Positions 28,616 through 36,508 of a DNA stretch of 64,000 nucleotides are shown here, piece by piece. The notes below the pieces were generated by a model. The model was given only the letters and a program-made list of their open reading frames with translations, was not told the origin of the DNA and did no database searches. This stretch comes from Armatimonadota bacterium (lineage in GTDB: Bacteria > Armatimonadota > Fervidibacteria > Fervidibacterales > Thermosaccharophagaceae). The stretch is from NCBI GenBank assembly GCA_025062195.1, contig JANXAS010000011.1:6149-70148 (forward strand). Reading direction: 5' to 3'. The translations under genes were made by a program, and so were the position numbers. Each line of letters begins with the position of its first letter. Position 1 is the first letter of the stretch.

Positions 28616-30292
28616 CTATGGCGATGTCACCATGCACGAGCCCGAAACCGGCGTTGCAATGACATAGCATGGTTCAAAGCCTCTCGGTTCATAATAGCGC
28701 TCGCTCATGACTTCAATGAGCCTTTTCAGGGAATCATCCCTCACCAACGCCATAATACACCCTCCCAAGCCAGCACCGCAAAGCTGTGCACCCAAAACGC
28801 CATCCACCCCGTTTGCAACATCAACCATAAAGTCAATTGATGCTGTGCTACACCTGTAGCTACCTGGTTGGCGCCAAACTTCGCTGCCTTCCGATTCACC
28901 GGCTGGTGACCTTTTGCACGCCTCAATCAACTTTGCAAGATGCGCATCGCTGCACGGGCTTACATATCTCCTCATGTGACCTCTTCTATCCATCTTTGCA
29001 ACTCTATCGCCGTCATGAGATATGTTTATGAACAATCCAAATTCTTCGATTCGTTCCTGAGCGAGCAATTCGGCAGCAAGCCTGCTGCGCTCACATTCGG
29101 AGACGCCAAACAAACAAACGCCCCTTATTGGATAACCCTCTTTTGGCGGAGCATGCATTGAAGCCACTTTAAGTGCACGCTCATGCCACTTCGGTGAAAG
29201 GAGCTTAAGTATTTCCCGAAGCGATGCCCTCAGCGGCAATTCAAGAATCAACCTATAAACATCTGCTGTGCTCCCAACGACCTGAGATCTAATGTCGCTG
29301 AATTGCTTAAGGACACTCTGCAACTCTGGGTGACGTTCCAAGATAAGCATAAAGCCAAATTCGTAGCAAGCAACACGCTGATTAAAGACATCACGGGCAT
29401 TGCCAGCCTTGTGTGCGATTTCAAACGAATGGAGTGCCACCACCTTGTAGCCCTTTGGGAAGGGATTGTAGCTGACCGAAAGCGGATTCATTGTTATGTG
29501 CGATACATAACCAGCTTTTGCATACTTTATTGCTGCATGGTCACCTGCGCCACCCCTTGTGCCGACATACCATTCACCGTAACCGCAAAGCCTGACAAAT
29601 TCCTCACGGTCAAGTTGAAGTCCATTGAGTGATAGCAATGCCTCGCTTGCCAGCATGAACAGCGCTGACGATGATGCAAGCCCAGCTGATGGTGGCACAT
29701 CACCATAAACCACGATATCCATCCCTTTAAGGCTCGGGCATAAGGAACCGTCATGCAAACGGAAACGCTCCTGCAACATGACTGCGGCACCTTTGATGTA
29801 ATCGGTCCAATGAATCGGCTCGCCGCTTTTTCGTCTCTCCTCAACTTGCGCCATCGTCCAACTGTCCCATTCAGAAATGTTCATGAGCTTGCGTGGTGGG
29901 AGAGATTCCCCGATCTTGAATTGCCTCGGCGTGTATTTGTGAGCTTCAACATTATGTGCGCTTATGACATCATCCTTTCTTGGGGCAGCAACTGCAATGA
30001 GTTCGGCACTGAGAGCGATTGGATTAACTGCACCGCCACGATGGTCAATATGCCGCCCCATAAGGTTTAACCTTCCGGGGGCTCTCACAAGTATGATTTT
30101 CCTCCTCAGTCCCAGGAGGCTCAAAGCAGCCTCTAAGACGAGCTTGAAGGCGTGTCGTCGCTCGTTCAACAATCCTTCATCAGCACCATAGAACATTTGC
30201 ATATGGCTTTTGAACCTGTGCCAGTCGGAGACGAAATTAAGCCACTGTTCCACCGTCATGAGCTTCGTCATCCACATCATCACTTCACTCAC
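28616..30292 (-). CDS. GHMP kinase, galactokinase-like, long form
   Basis: 558 aa. GRHIDHRGG (galactokinase signature-like), GDVPPSAGLASSSAL GHMP motif and C-terminal GAGLGGC. The start is uncertain: GTG 30292, or ATG 30280/30277 behind AAGGTG. Confidence 0.7.
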   Translation of the reverse strand: MSEVMMWMTKLMTVEQWLNFVSDWHRFKSHMQMFYGADEGLLNERRHAFKLVLEAALSLLGLRRKIILVRAPGRLNLMGRHIDHRGGAVNPIALSAELIAVAAPRKDDVISAHNVEAHKYTPRQFKIGESLPPRKLMNISEWDSWTMAQVEERRKSGEPIHWTDYIKGAAVMLQERFRLHDGSLCPSLKGMDIVVYGDVPPSAGLASSSALFMLASEALLSLNGLQLDREEFVRLCGYGEWYVGTRGGAGDHAAIKYAKAGYVSHITMNPLSVSYNPFPKGYKVVALHSFEIAHKAGNARDVFNQRVACYEFGFMLILERHPELQSVLKQFSDIRSQVVGSTADVYRLILELPLRASLREILKLLSPKWHERALKVASMHAPPKEGYPIRGVCLFGVSECERSRLAAELLAQERIEEFGLFINISHDGDRVAKMDRRGHMRRYVSPCSDAHLAKLIEACKRSPAGESEGSEVWRQPGSYRCSTASIDFMVDVANGVDGVLGAQLCGAGLGGCIMALVRDDSLKRLIEVMSERYYEPRGFEPCYVIATPVSGSCMVTSP

Positions 30293-30390
30293 ACCTTTTT
30301 AAGCCCTCAATGTCTAAGCCATATTTGCAAGACTTTTGTCTACCGTGTAGCGAGCGAATTAGGTGGCGAGAACACCGTGAATGATTCAAG

Positions 30391-30422
30391 GCGGGTGGAT
30401 AAAGCCCACCCGCATTTTCTTC
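30391..30422 (+). terminator. Intrinsic-terminator-like hairpin in the GHMP-kinase/fur divergent region
   Basis: Perfect 8-bp GC-rich stem GCGGGTGG/CCACCCGC with a 7-nt loop, followed by ATTTTCTTC. Plus-strand polarity only. Confidence 0.4.
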
Positions 30423-30648
30423 AGGTGCATTCCGTGCACCATGCTGCTCACGATGCCCGCATTTTTACCCATCATAACTGCATCAAACCAAGCTGTTCAA
30501 CAGAAAGCGCTGGCTTTCGGTAATGCGAACATCCCCAACGGCGCAGAGCAGCATCGGCATCCTCCCAGAGAAGCCCTCCAATGGCAATCCATTAAAGCTG
30601 TAAAGTCATCCGGGCAAGCCACTGTGTCGCTCTCAACTGCAATCAGCC

Positions 30649-30689
30649 GGACACCAATTTATAGCATGCGTCATAATTGCATTTGCTAT
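30649..30689 (+). promoter_or_regulatory. Candidate fur promoter with overlapping imperfect palindrome (possible autoregulatory operator)
   Basis: GGACAC - 17 nt - CATAAT. The nested inverted repeat ATAGCATGC...GCAT..TGCTAT (30661-30689) overlaps the -10 element and the first ATG. Confidence 0.2.
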
Positions 30690-31161
30690 GAGGGGAAGGG
30701 TCAAAACATCGGAATTATACTCGCTGTTGCGCGCTCGCGGGATGCGTGTGACTGCGGTTCGCAAAGCCGTTGTTGAGGAACTTAGCAGCAGACGCCACAG
30801 CGATGCCGAGGAGCTTTGCCAAAGGCTCGCTGCAAGAGGGGTTAGTAGGGCATCTGTTTATCGCACCCTTTCATTGTTTGAGCGAATCGGCATAGTCTCA
30901 AGGGCACTTTATGGCGAACGACATAGCCACTTTGAACTCGCACTCTTACACCAGCCTCATGATCACCTTGTGTGTATACGCTGTGGACGAGTCGTTGAAT
31001 TTGAATGCCACGAAGTTGATCGTTTACAGGCTGAGATCCTGAAGGAACACGGCTTTGAGCCTGTCGGGCGCGTTTTTGAAATACGAGGGTTGTGCCAGCA
31101 GTGCCGTATGAAGGTGGCAGGGGGCAAGTTAATGCATCGTGCCACCGAGAAGCAAAGATAG
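30688..31161 (+). CDS. fur: Fur-family transcriptional regulator
   Basis: 157-aa ORF (alternative start Met 30742). Winged-helix N-terminus. HDHLVCIRCGRVVEF and C-terminal CQQC metal-site motifs. Confidence 0.85.
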   Translation: MRGRVKTSELYSLLRARGMRVTAVRKAVVEELSSRRHSDAEELCQRLAARGVSRASVYRTLSLFERIGIVSRALYGERHSHFELALLHQPHDHLVCIRCGRVVEFECHEVDRLQAEILKEHGFEPVGRVFEIRGLCQQCRMKVAGGKLMHRATEKQR

Positions 31162-31191
31162 GTCATCGCAGCCTGCTCCTTTAGCGCTCAT

Positions 31192-32136
31192 TTAGAGGCT
31201 TGAAAACGGTTCAGGTAAGGGGAACCGCATCTCCTCACGCACAAATTCAATTTCCTCAACTTGAGTCTCAGGATGGCTTAACTGAAGCAGTTTCTCAACC
31301 ACTCCTACGACTATTGACTCTGGTGTTGATGCGCTCGCAGTGATGCCTATGGTTGCCATGTCGCAAAGCTGAACTACATCAATGTCGTCTTTGTCCTCAA
31401 CAAGGAATGCTGTCACACCGCTCCCGCTCGCAACTTCGCATAACCTCTGCGCATTTGAGCTGTTATGAGAGCCAACGACGAGTATGCCATCACACACTTG
31501 AGACAACAGCTTGACCGCTGTTTGTCTATTCTGAGTTGCGTAACAAATATCCTCTGACGGTGGCGCTTCAAGGTGCGGGAAGCGCTTTTTTAGCGCCTCA
31601 ACTATAACCCTCGCAGCATCAACGCTCAAAGTCGTTTGAGTTAAGTAGACAACCTTATCCGGATTGGGAAGCTCTATACTTTCAACCTCGCTTGGGTCGC
31701 TTACAACCACAGTTTGTGTTGGCGCTTCTCCCATCGTCCCCTCAACTTCATCATGCCCCTTATGCCCTATGAGCACGATTGAATATCCCTTTGCTGCATA
31801 TCTTCTCGCCTCAGCGTGCACCTTGTTCACGAGCGGGCATGTGGCATCAATAACCTTTAACTTCTTTTGCTCTGCCTTCTCACGAACGAGCGGAGAAACA
31901 CCGTGAGCGTTGAAAACAATGAGAGCACCGTCTGGGACCTCGTCTATTGAACGAACGAAGGAGGCACCGCCCCTGCGCAACTCTTCAACAACATGCCTGT
32001 TGTGCACAATCTGCCGATGAACATAAATCGGGTGAGGGAATTGACTGAGCGCCATTTTAACCGTTTCAATTGCTCGCACAACACCTGCACAAAAGCCTCT
32101 CGGCTTAGCGAGAATAATGCGGCGAAGCTTTATCAT
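31192..32136 (-). CDS. ispH: 4-hydroxy-3-methylbut-2-enyl diphosphate reductase
   Basis: PRGFCAGVVRAI, VHNRHVV and ATCPLVNKVH blocks. The ORF is open to 32166; Met at 32136 gives the canonical N-terminus. Confidence 0.9.
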   Translation of the reverse strand: MIKLRRIILAKPRGFCAGVVRAIETVKMALSQFPHPIYVHRQIVHNRHVVEELRRGGASFVRSIDEVPDGALIVFNAHGVSPLVREKAEQKKLKVIDATCPLVNKVHAEARRYAAKGYSIVLIGHKGHDEVEGTMGEAPTQTVVVSDPSEVESIELPNPDKVVYLTQTTLSVDAARVIVEALKKRFPHLEAPPSEDICYATQNRQTAVKLLSQVCDGILVVGSHNSSNAQRLCEVASGSGVTAFLVEDKDDIDVVQLCDMATIGITASASTPESIVVGVVEKLLQLSHPETQVEEIEFVREEMRFPLPEPFSSL

Positions 32137-32319
32137 TCCCCGCATGGCTTTCCCATCACCCTGCACAGAAACAGAAAATGCCGCAAAACTGGCTTTTGAC
32201 TGGCTGCTCAGGAATTAGCCCTCAACTCAGGAGTTGGCATTCAACTTTAAAGTTGCCACAACTTGGGATGCGCCGCCAAAATGCGAATGACAATAATTTG
32301 GTAAGCGCTTTTTTCACAA

Positions 32320-32510
32320 CCATGCTATGGGCTTTAGCCCATAGCCACTGACGAAACCTCTAAGCGCCGTCTTTAGACAGCGATGAAAATTCTCGCCGAA
32401 TCAATTTGGCGAGAATTTGCTTCGTCATCAAACACTGGCTAAAGCCAGTGGCATGGATAGCTAAGCGCTGAATACGAACCAGCAAACTTTTGAGTAAAGA
32501 GCGCTCACAT
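32320..32510 (-). repeat. Dispersed repeat family Rep-1, copy 1 (most complete; 137-bp core with 38-nt terminal inverted repeats)
   Basis: Left arm 32320-32357 against the reverse complement of right arm 32419-32456 gives 26/38 identity. Each arm holds its own hairpin around GGCTTTAGCC (32324-32345 and 32433-32450). Central perfect 11-bp stem 32387-32397/32408-32418. Flanking box CAAACTTTTGAGTAAAGAG at 32483-32501. Confidence 0.75.
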
Positions 32511-32605
32511 TAATGTTTGGCTAAAAGCAGCTGCAATATGATGTCCATCTGCGCCGTGATGGCACTATAACTTGCTCCGTGCATTACTGCAAACCTTTTG
32601 GGGTA

Positions 32606-32614
32606 GTGCTACAA
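32606..32614 (+). promoter_or_regulatory. Candidate extended -10 promoter element (TGcTACAAT) upstream of the kinase-vWA module
   Basis: TGCTACAAT matches TGnTAnAAT. It would give a ~210-nt leader before ATG 32833. Pattern match only. Confidence 0.2.
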
Positions 32615-32832
32615 TCACGACTGATGCAGTTTTGAGGAGCACAGCGGAAGCAATGGCTTGCACAAATAAGACGCACGAGGACGGCGAGAAAAAATTATGT
32701 CTGCCTAACACTCTCTGATGGATACACTGGTTGCAAGGTGAGACTACTTGACAGATGAGGACATCACAGCTGGTGCGGGTAAAGCGAAATCTCTTTAGTC
32801 TTCTCCGAGCTTTGGAAGGTGATTAAACTGGC

Positions 32833-34107
32833 ATGCAGATGTGTCCCGAGTGCAGCGCTGATAACTTATCAGGGGCAGTCAATTGCTCAAGGTGCGGTGC
32901 ACAGCTTAAGGGTCTGCTTGGCTCGGGAACGCTGCTAAATAACCGCTATCGTGTGATTAAGGTTCTCGGATGCGGTGGCATGGGTGCGGTATATCTCGCT
33001 GAGGACTTAGCTTTATACGGGCGCAAGGTCGCCATCAAGGAAAACTTTGACACCTCGCAGGAAGGCAGGAAGCAATTTGAGATTGAAGCGAGGATTCTGG
33101 CAACACTATCACACCCCAACTTGCCCAAGGTGTTTGATTTCTTCACAGCGGGCGGAAAGCAATATGTTGCTATGGATTACATTGCCGGTGAAGATTTGCT
33201 CAACCATGTGGAGCAAAATGGACCACAAGGGCTTGAAGAGGCATTGAAATGGTTCTGGCAGGTGTGCGATGCTGTTGAGTATCTTCACCGTCAGTCACCG
33301 CCTGTAATACACCGAGATATCAAGCCGGGCAACATCAAGATACAGCCAGATGGCAGGGCTGTCCTTGTTGACTTTGGCATAGCTAAGTTCTACCGCCCGG
33401 GACAGCAAACTACTTCGGGTGCACAGGCAGTCACTCCCGGTTTCTCACCCATTGAGCAATATGGCAAGGGCATCACAGACCAACGCTCCGATGTTTACTC
33501 ACTCGCAGCAACGCTTTATTTTGCGTTAACTGGTGTGACTCCGCCAGAAGCAGTTGAGAGGTTAACGCACAACAGGCGACTCATTTCCATACGCAGCATC
33601 AATCCGGATGTTACAGAGGCAGTTGAGCGCGTGATTGAGAAAGCCCTCAAGTTGCACCCGAGTGAGCGCTACACAAGCGTGCGCGAATTTAGCGAAGCAC
33701 TTCGTATGGCGATAGCACAACCGGCGCAAAGCGCTTATCGGTGGGGCAGCTATCCACACAGTGGTCATAGGATGCCAACGAGCCAACGGGGCGCACAGAG
33801 AAGAGGTGGATGGCAAACACCACAACATCCAATTCCATATCCAACACAGTCTGCAGATCCATCCGGGTGCCTATTTCAACTCTTTGAAGTGCTCTTCTGG
33901 CTCATCATTGCGTGGAGCTTCGGATGCTGCGTAACCGCTTTCATTATCTACCTGCTTACCGCTCTGGGGTTGGTGTGGAGTTCTGGGACATTCATTGTGA
34001 CCGGAAATCCATTGCCGCTGCTATTCTTTGCCCTATGGGTCTTGATACTGTTGCGAATGACACGCATGATGAATGCGGCACGCAGAAGGCAAAGGAAGAG
34101 ACCTTAG
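32833..34107 (+). CDS. Ser/Thr protein kinase with N-terminal double zinc ribbon and C-terminal TM anchor
   Basis: 424 aa. CPECS...CSRCG zinc ribbon. Hanks motifs GCGGMGAVY, VAIK, HRDIKPGN, DFG and SPIEQ. Pro/Gln-rich linker followed by about 3 TM helices. SD GGAAGGTGA. Confidence 0.85.
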   Translation: MQMCPECSADNLSGAVNCSRCGAQLKGLLGSGTLLNNRYRVIKVLGCGGMGAVYLAEDLALYGRKVAIKENFDTSQEGRKQFEIEARILATLSHPNLPKVFDFFTAGGKQYVAMDYIAGEDLLNHVEQNGPQGLEEALKWFWQVCDAVEYLHRQSPPVIHRDIKPGNIKIQPDGRAVLVDFGIAKFYRPGQQTTSGAQAVTPGFSPIEQYGKGITDQRSDVYSLAATLYFALTGVTPPEAVERLTHNRRLISIRSINPDVTEAVERVIEKALKLHPSERYTSVREFSEALRMAIAQPAQSAYRWGSYPHSGHRMPTSQRGAQRRGGWQTPQHPIPYPTQSADPSGCLFQLFEVLFWLIIAWSFGCCVTAFIIYLLTALGLVWSSGTFIVTGNPLPLLFFALWVLILLRMTRMMNAARRRQRKRP

Positions 34108-34166
34108 GGGCAAACTCATCAGGCGGCGAGATTTGGTCACAGTTTGTTTTCGGGGGTGTATCTGGC

Positions 34167-35519
34167 TTGGGCTCAATCAAACTATCCCACAAGTTGAGCT
34201 ACAGCGTTGTTCCGTCAGGTGGAAGCACGCGACTGATTTACTTGCTCTTGAGGATTGATGCGACTGATGCCTCTTCGGTGCAGGCGCCGATGGCGCTCGT
34301 GGCGGTCATTGACAAGAGCGAGTCAATGATGCTCCCTATGGTCACAGAGGAGCAGTTGGAGGAACTGCGCCGGCGCGGCATCGTGAGGAGCACCGAGAGG
34401 GATGGCGTGCAAGTTTGGGAATTCCGCGGCTTTATGCTTCCGCCGGAATTGCGCGATGCTCCTCGCCCATTTGATTTCGTCAAACGCTCCCTGCGCTCCG
34501 CCGTTGAGCATCTTCAAGACTATGATGAATTTGCACTCATTGCCTTTGCTGCGGAGGCACAGGTTGTCCTGCCGATGCGTTCTGGGAAAATGCGCCACGA
34601 GATGATCAAAGCGCTTGATAGTGTTGAGAGGTTGCAGCTCGGTGAGGAGACGAAAATGTCAAAGGCGCTTGAAATGGCGCACGAGCAACTTGCGCTGAGG
34701 TTGGGTGAGCCAAAGTTGCTCCGAACCATCGTCATCAGCGATGGATATGCCCTTGATGAGAGCCAGTGCATTGATGCAGGTAGGCGTATGGCAGATGATG
34801 GGATCAGGATAAGCACGATGGGTGTTGGGGTGAATTTTAATGAGGAGTTAATGGTCAAGCTTGCAGACATATCCGGTGGCGAAGCGTTTTTTGTGCCAGA
34901 CCCCTCACATATACCCGATGTGCTTAATAGCGAACTTTCTCATTCAAGGCTGATTGCGCTCAGGCAGGCTAATTTGAAGCTGCGTTTCGCTAAAGGTGTT
35001 GAGATACGCAAGGCATACAAGATGCGTCCGGCAATTGCGCCGGTTGAGCGAATTTATGCCAGCGGTGGTCAAGAGATTGAACTTCACATTGGTGACCTAC
35101 AACTCGGCATTAGTGAGTTCCTGCTTGAATTGCTTGTGCCACCAAGGCGTGACGGGGTTTACCGAATTGTTCAAGTTTGGCTCAGCGGCACCATAGATGG
35201 CTGGGAGAGCAATATTGCAAATGCGGATGTGGTGCTGCGATACCAGAGTGGAGTTGCGCCCACCCAACCGGATGGCGAAGTGATGCGTGTTGCTTCCTTA
35301 ATCAGTGCAACGGAGTTGCAGACAAGGGCTTTGCATGATTTGAGGGTTGGGGACACAGTTTCAGCTACGCTTAAACTTAATGCTGCAAAGACGCGCCTAT
35401 TGAGCGCCGGTGCAAACACAAAACACATTGATGAATTGCTCTCCGAGATTGAGAGATATGGGAAGGCATCACCCCATGCCACAAAGAGAATGCGATATGA
35501 GACGCGCCGCCTATCATAA
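34167..35519 (+). CDS. Cytoplasmic von Willebrand factor A (vWA) domain protein with ~230-aa C-terminal beta-rich region
   Basis: The ORF is open from 33912, but that part overlaps the kinase by 196 nt. In-frame TTG 34167 sits 8 nt after GGGGGTG. MIDAS motif DKSES...VISDG. No signal peptide. Confidence 0.75.
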   Translation: MGSIKLSHKLSYSVVPSGGSTRLIYLLLRIDATDASSVQAPMALVAVIDKSESMMLPMVTEEQLEELRRRGIVRSTERDGVQVWEFRGFMLPPELRDAPRPFDFVKRSLRSAVEHLQDYDEFALIAFAAEAQVVLPMRSGKMRHEMIKALDSVERLQLGEETKMSKALEMAHEQLALRLGEPKLLRTIVISDGYALDESQCIDAGRRMADDGIRISTMGVGVNFNEELMVKLADISGGEAFFVPDPSHIPDVLNSELSHSRLIALRQANLKLRFAKGVEIRKAYKMRPAIAPVERIYASGGQEIELHIGDLQLGISEFLLELLVPPRRDGVYRIVQVWLSGTIDGWESNIANADVVLRYQSGVAPTQPDGEVMRVASLISATELQTRALHDLRVGDTVSATLKLNAAKTRLLSAGANTKHIDELLSEIERYGKASPHATKRMRYETRRLS

Positions 35520-35544
35520 TTGAGCTTGCGAGAGGTGATAAAAC

Positions 35545-36309
35545 TTGGGTGAACACATCAGCGACCAAAAGCAGTGTCCTAAATGTGGCGTCCAAAACAA
35601 GCTGAGTGCTAAGTTCTGCAGGGGTTGTGGGGCGCCGTTGGCACAAAAAGCACCAGTGGCAGGAAGAGGCACTGCAATTGAAACCTTAAAGAATGTAGCC
35701 ACAGTTGGCTTGCGCGCTGCTTATCGCGAGCTGTTTGACCCTCAACCGCAACTTGCTGGCACTGTGAGTGGCGTAAGTGTCAGCGAGAGTGCGGAGGTAA
35801 AGTTTGAACCGATGTGGCTGGTAGCAATTTGCGCTTGGTTGGTTGGCTTGTCCCTTGCGTTTGCGCCACGAGTTCTTTCTGGCTTCCTGCTTCTGATAAC
35901 AGCCTGCATTATCTTGCTTTTTCTCTCGTGGCGTTCTTCGGGTAAGCCATACATATCGTTGCTCTCATGGTTAGCGTTAGCAAGCGCGTTTTCAAAGGGC
36001 GGTGCAAAGGTCACGGCTGTGAGTATGAAAGTGAGAGATAGATCCGGGCAGGATGTTGAGGTCACATTCATTGGTGAACTGAGCGGTGTTGCTCCGAGTG
36101 TGGGAGAGCAGATTCAAGTTTGGGGAGTGTATGAAGATGGCGCAAGAACGAGGATGAGAGCTTGGAAAGCACAGGTTGTAAGTGCTGGAGAGTCAGAGCG
36201 CACAGAACCTTTGCGCACGCAGCGCTTGCTGCCGCTCATCCCATTGCTGCTGTTTCCATATCTCGGGTTTGCACTGCTTGCCCTGCTTCGCCTTTTGACG
36301 GGTAGTTAG
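35545..36309 (+). CDS. Zinc-ribbon membrane protein of unknown function
   Basis: 254 aa. TTG start 6 nt after GAGGTGA. CPKCG...CRGCG zinc ribbon, 3-4 TM helices, a ~60-aa soluble beta-rich segment (VEVTFIGEL...IQVWGVYEDG) and a terminal TM helix. Confidence 0.65.
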   Translation: MGEHISDQKQCPKCGVQNKLSAKFCRGCGAPLAQKAPVAGRGTAIETLKNVATVGLRAAYRELFDPQPQLAGTVSGVSVSESAEVKFEPMWLVAICAWLVGLSLAFAPRVLSGFLLLITACIILLFLSWRSSGKPYISLLSWLALASAFSKGGAKVTAVSMKVRDRSGQDVEVTFIGELSGVAPSVGEQIQVWGVYEDGARTRMRAWKAQVVSAGESERTEPLRTQRLLPLIPLLLFPYLGFALLALLRLLTGS

Positions 36310-36508
36310 AATGCCCGACAAACTCTGCCATGATAATCAGCGGGTTAAAAACTGCGGCGAGCTTTACTGGTTTTTTCCAAAAGGACAAGTAACTTGTTGA
36401 CTGCCTATGCTTGTATCACTTGCTGCATTCGCACCATCATTGCTTTTAAGAGATGTAAAACTTCCGCCGGGTTGTTTCATATAGGGAATCCATGTGAGGT
36501 GAAAGCAA

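Noticed and set aside
33912-34166. The first 85 codons of the vWA ORF as given in the ORF track.
   Set aside because: This part overlaps the kinase TM-anchor coding region by 196 nt in another frame. An in-frame TTG at 34167 with a good SD gives a normal vWA N-terminus.
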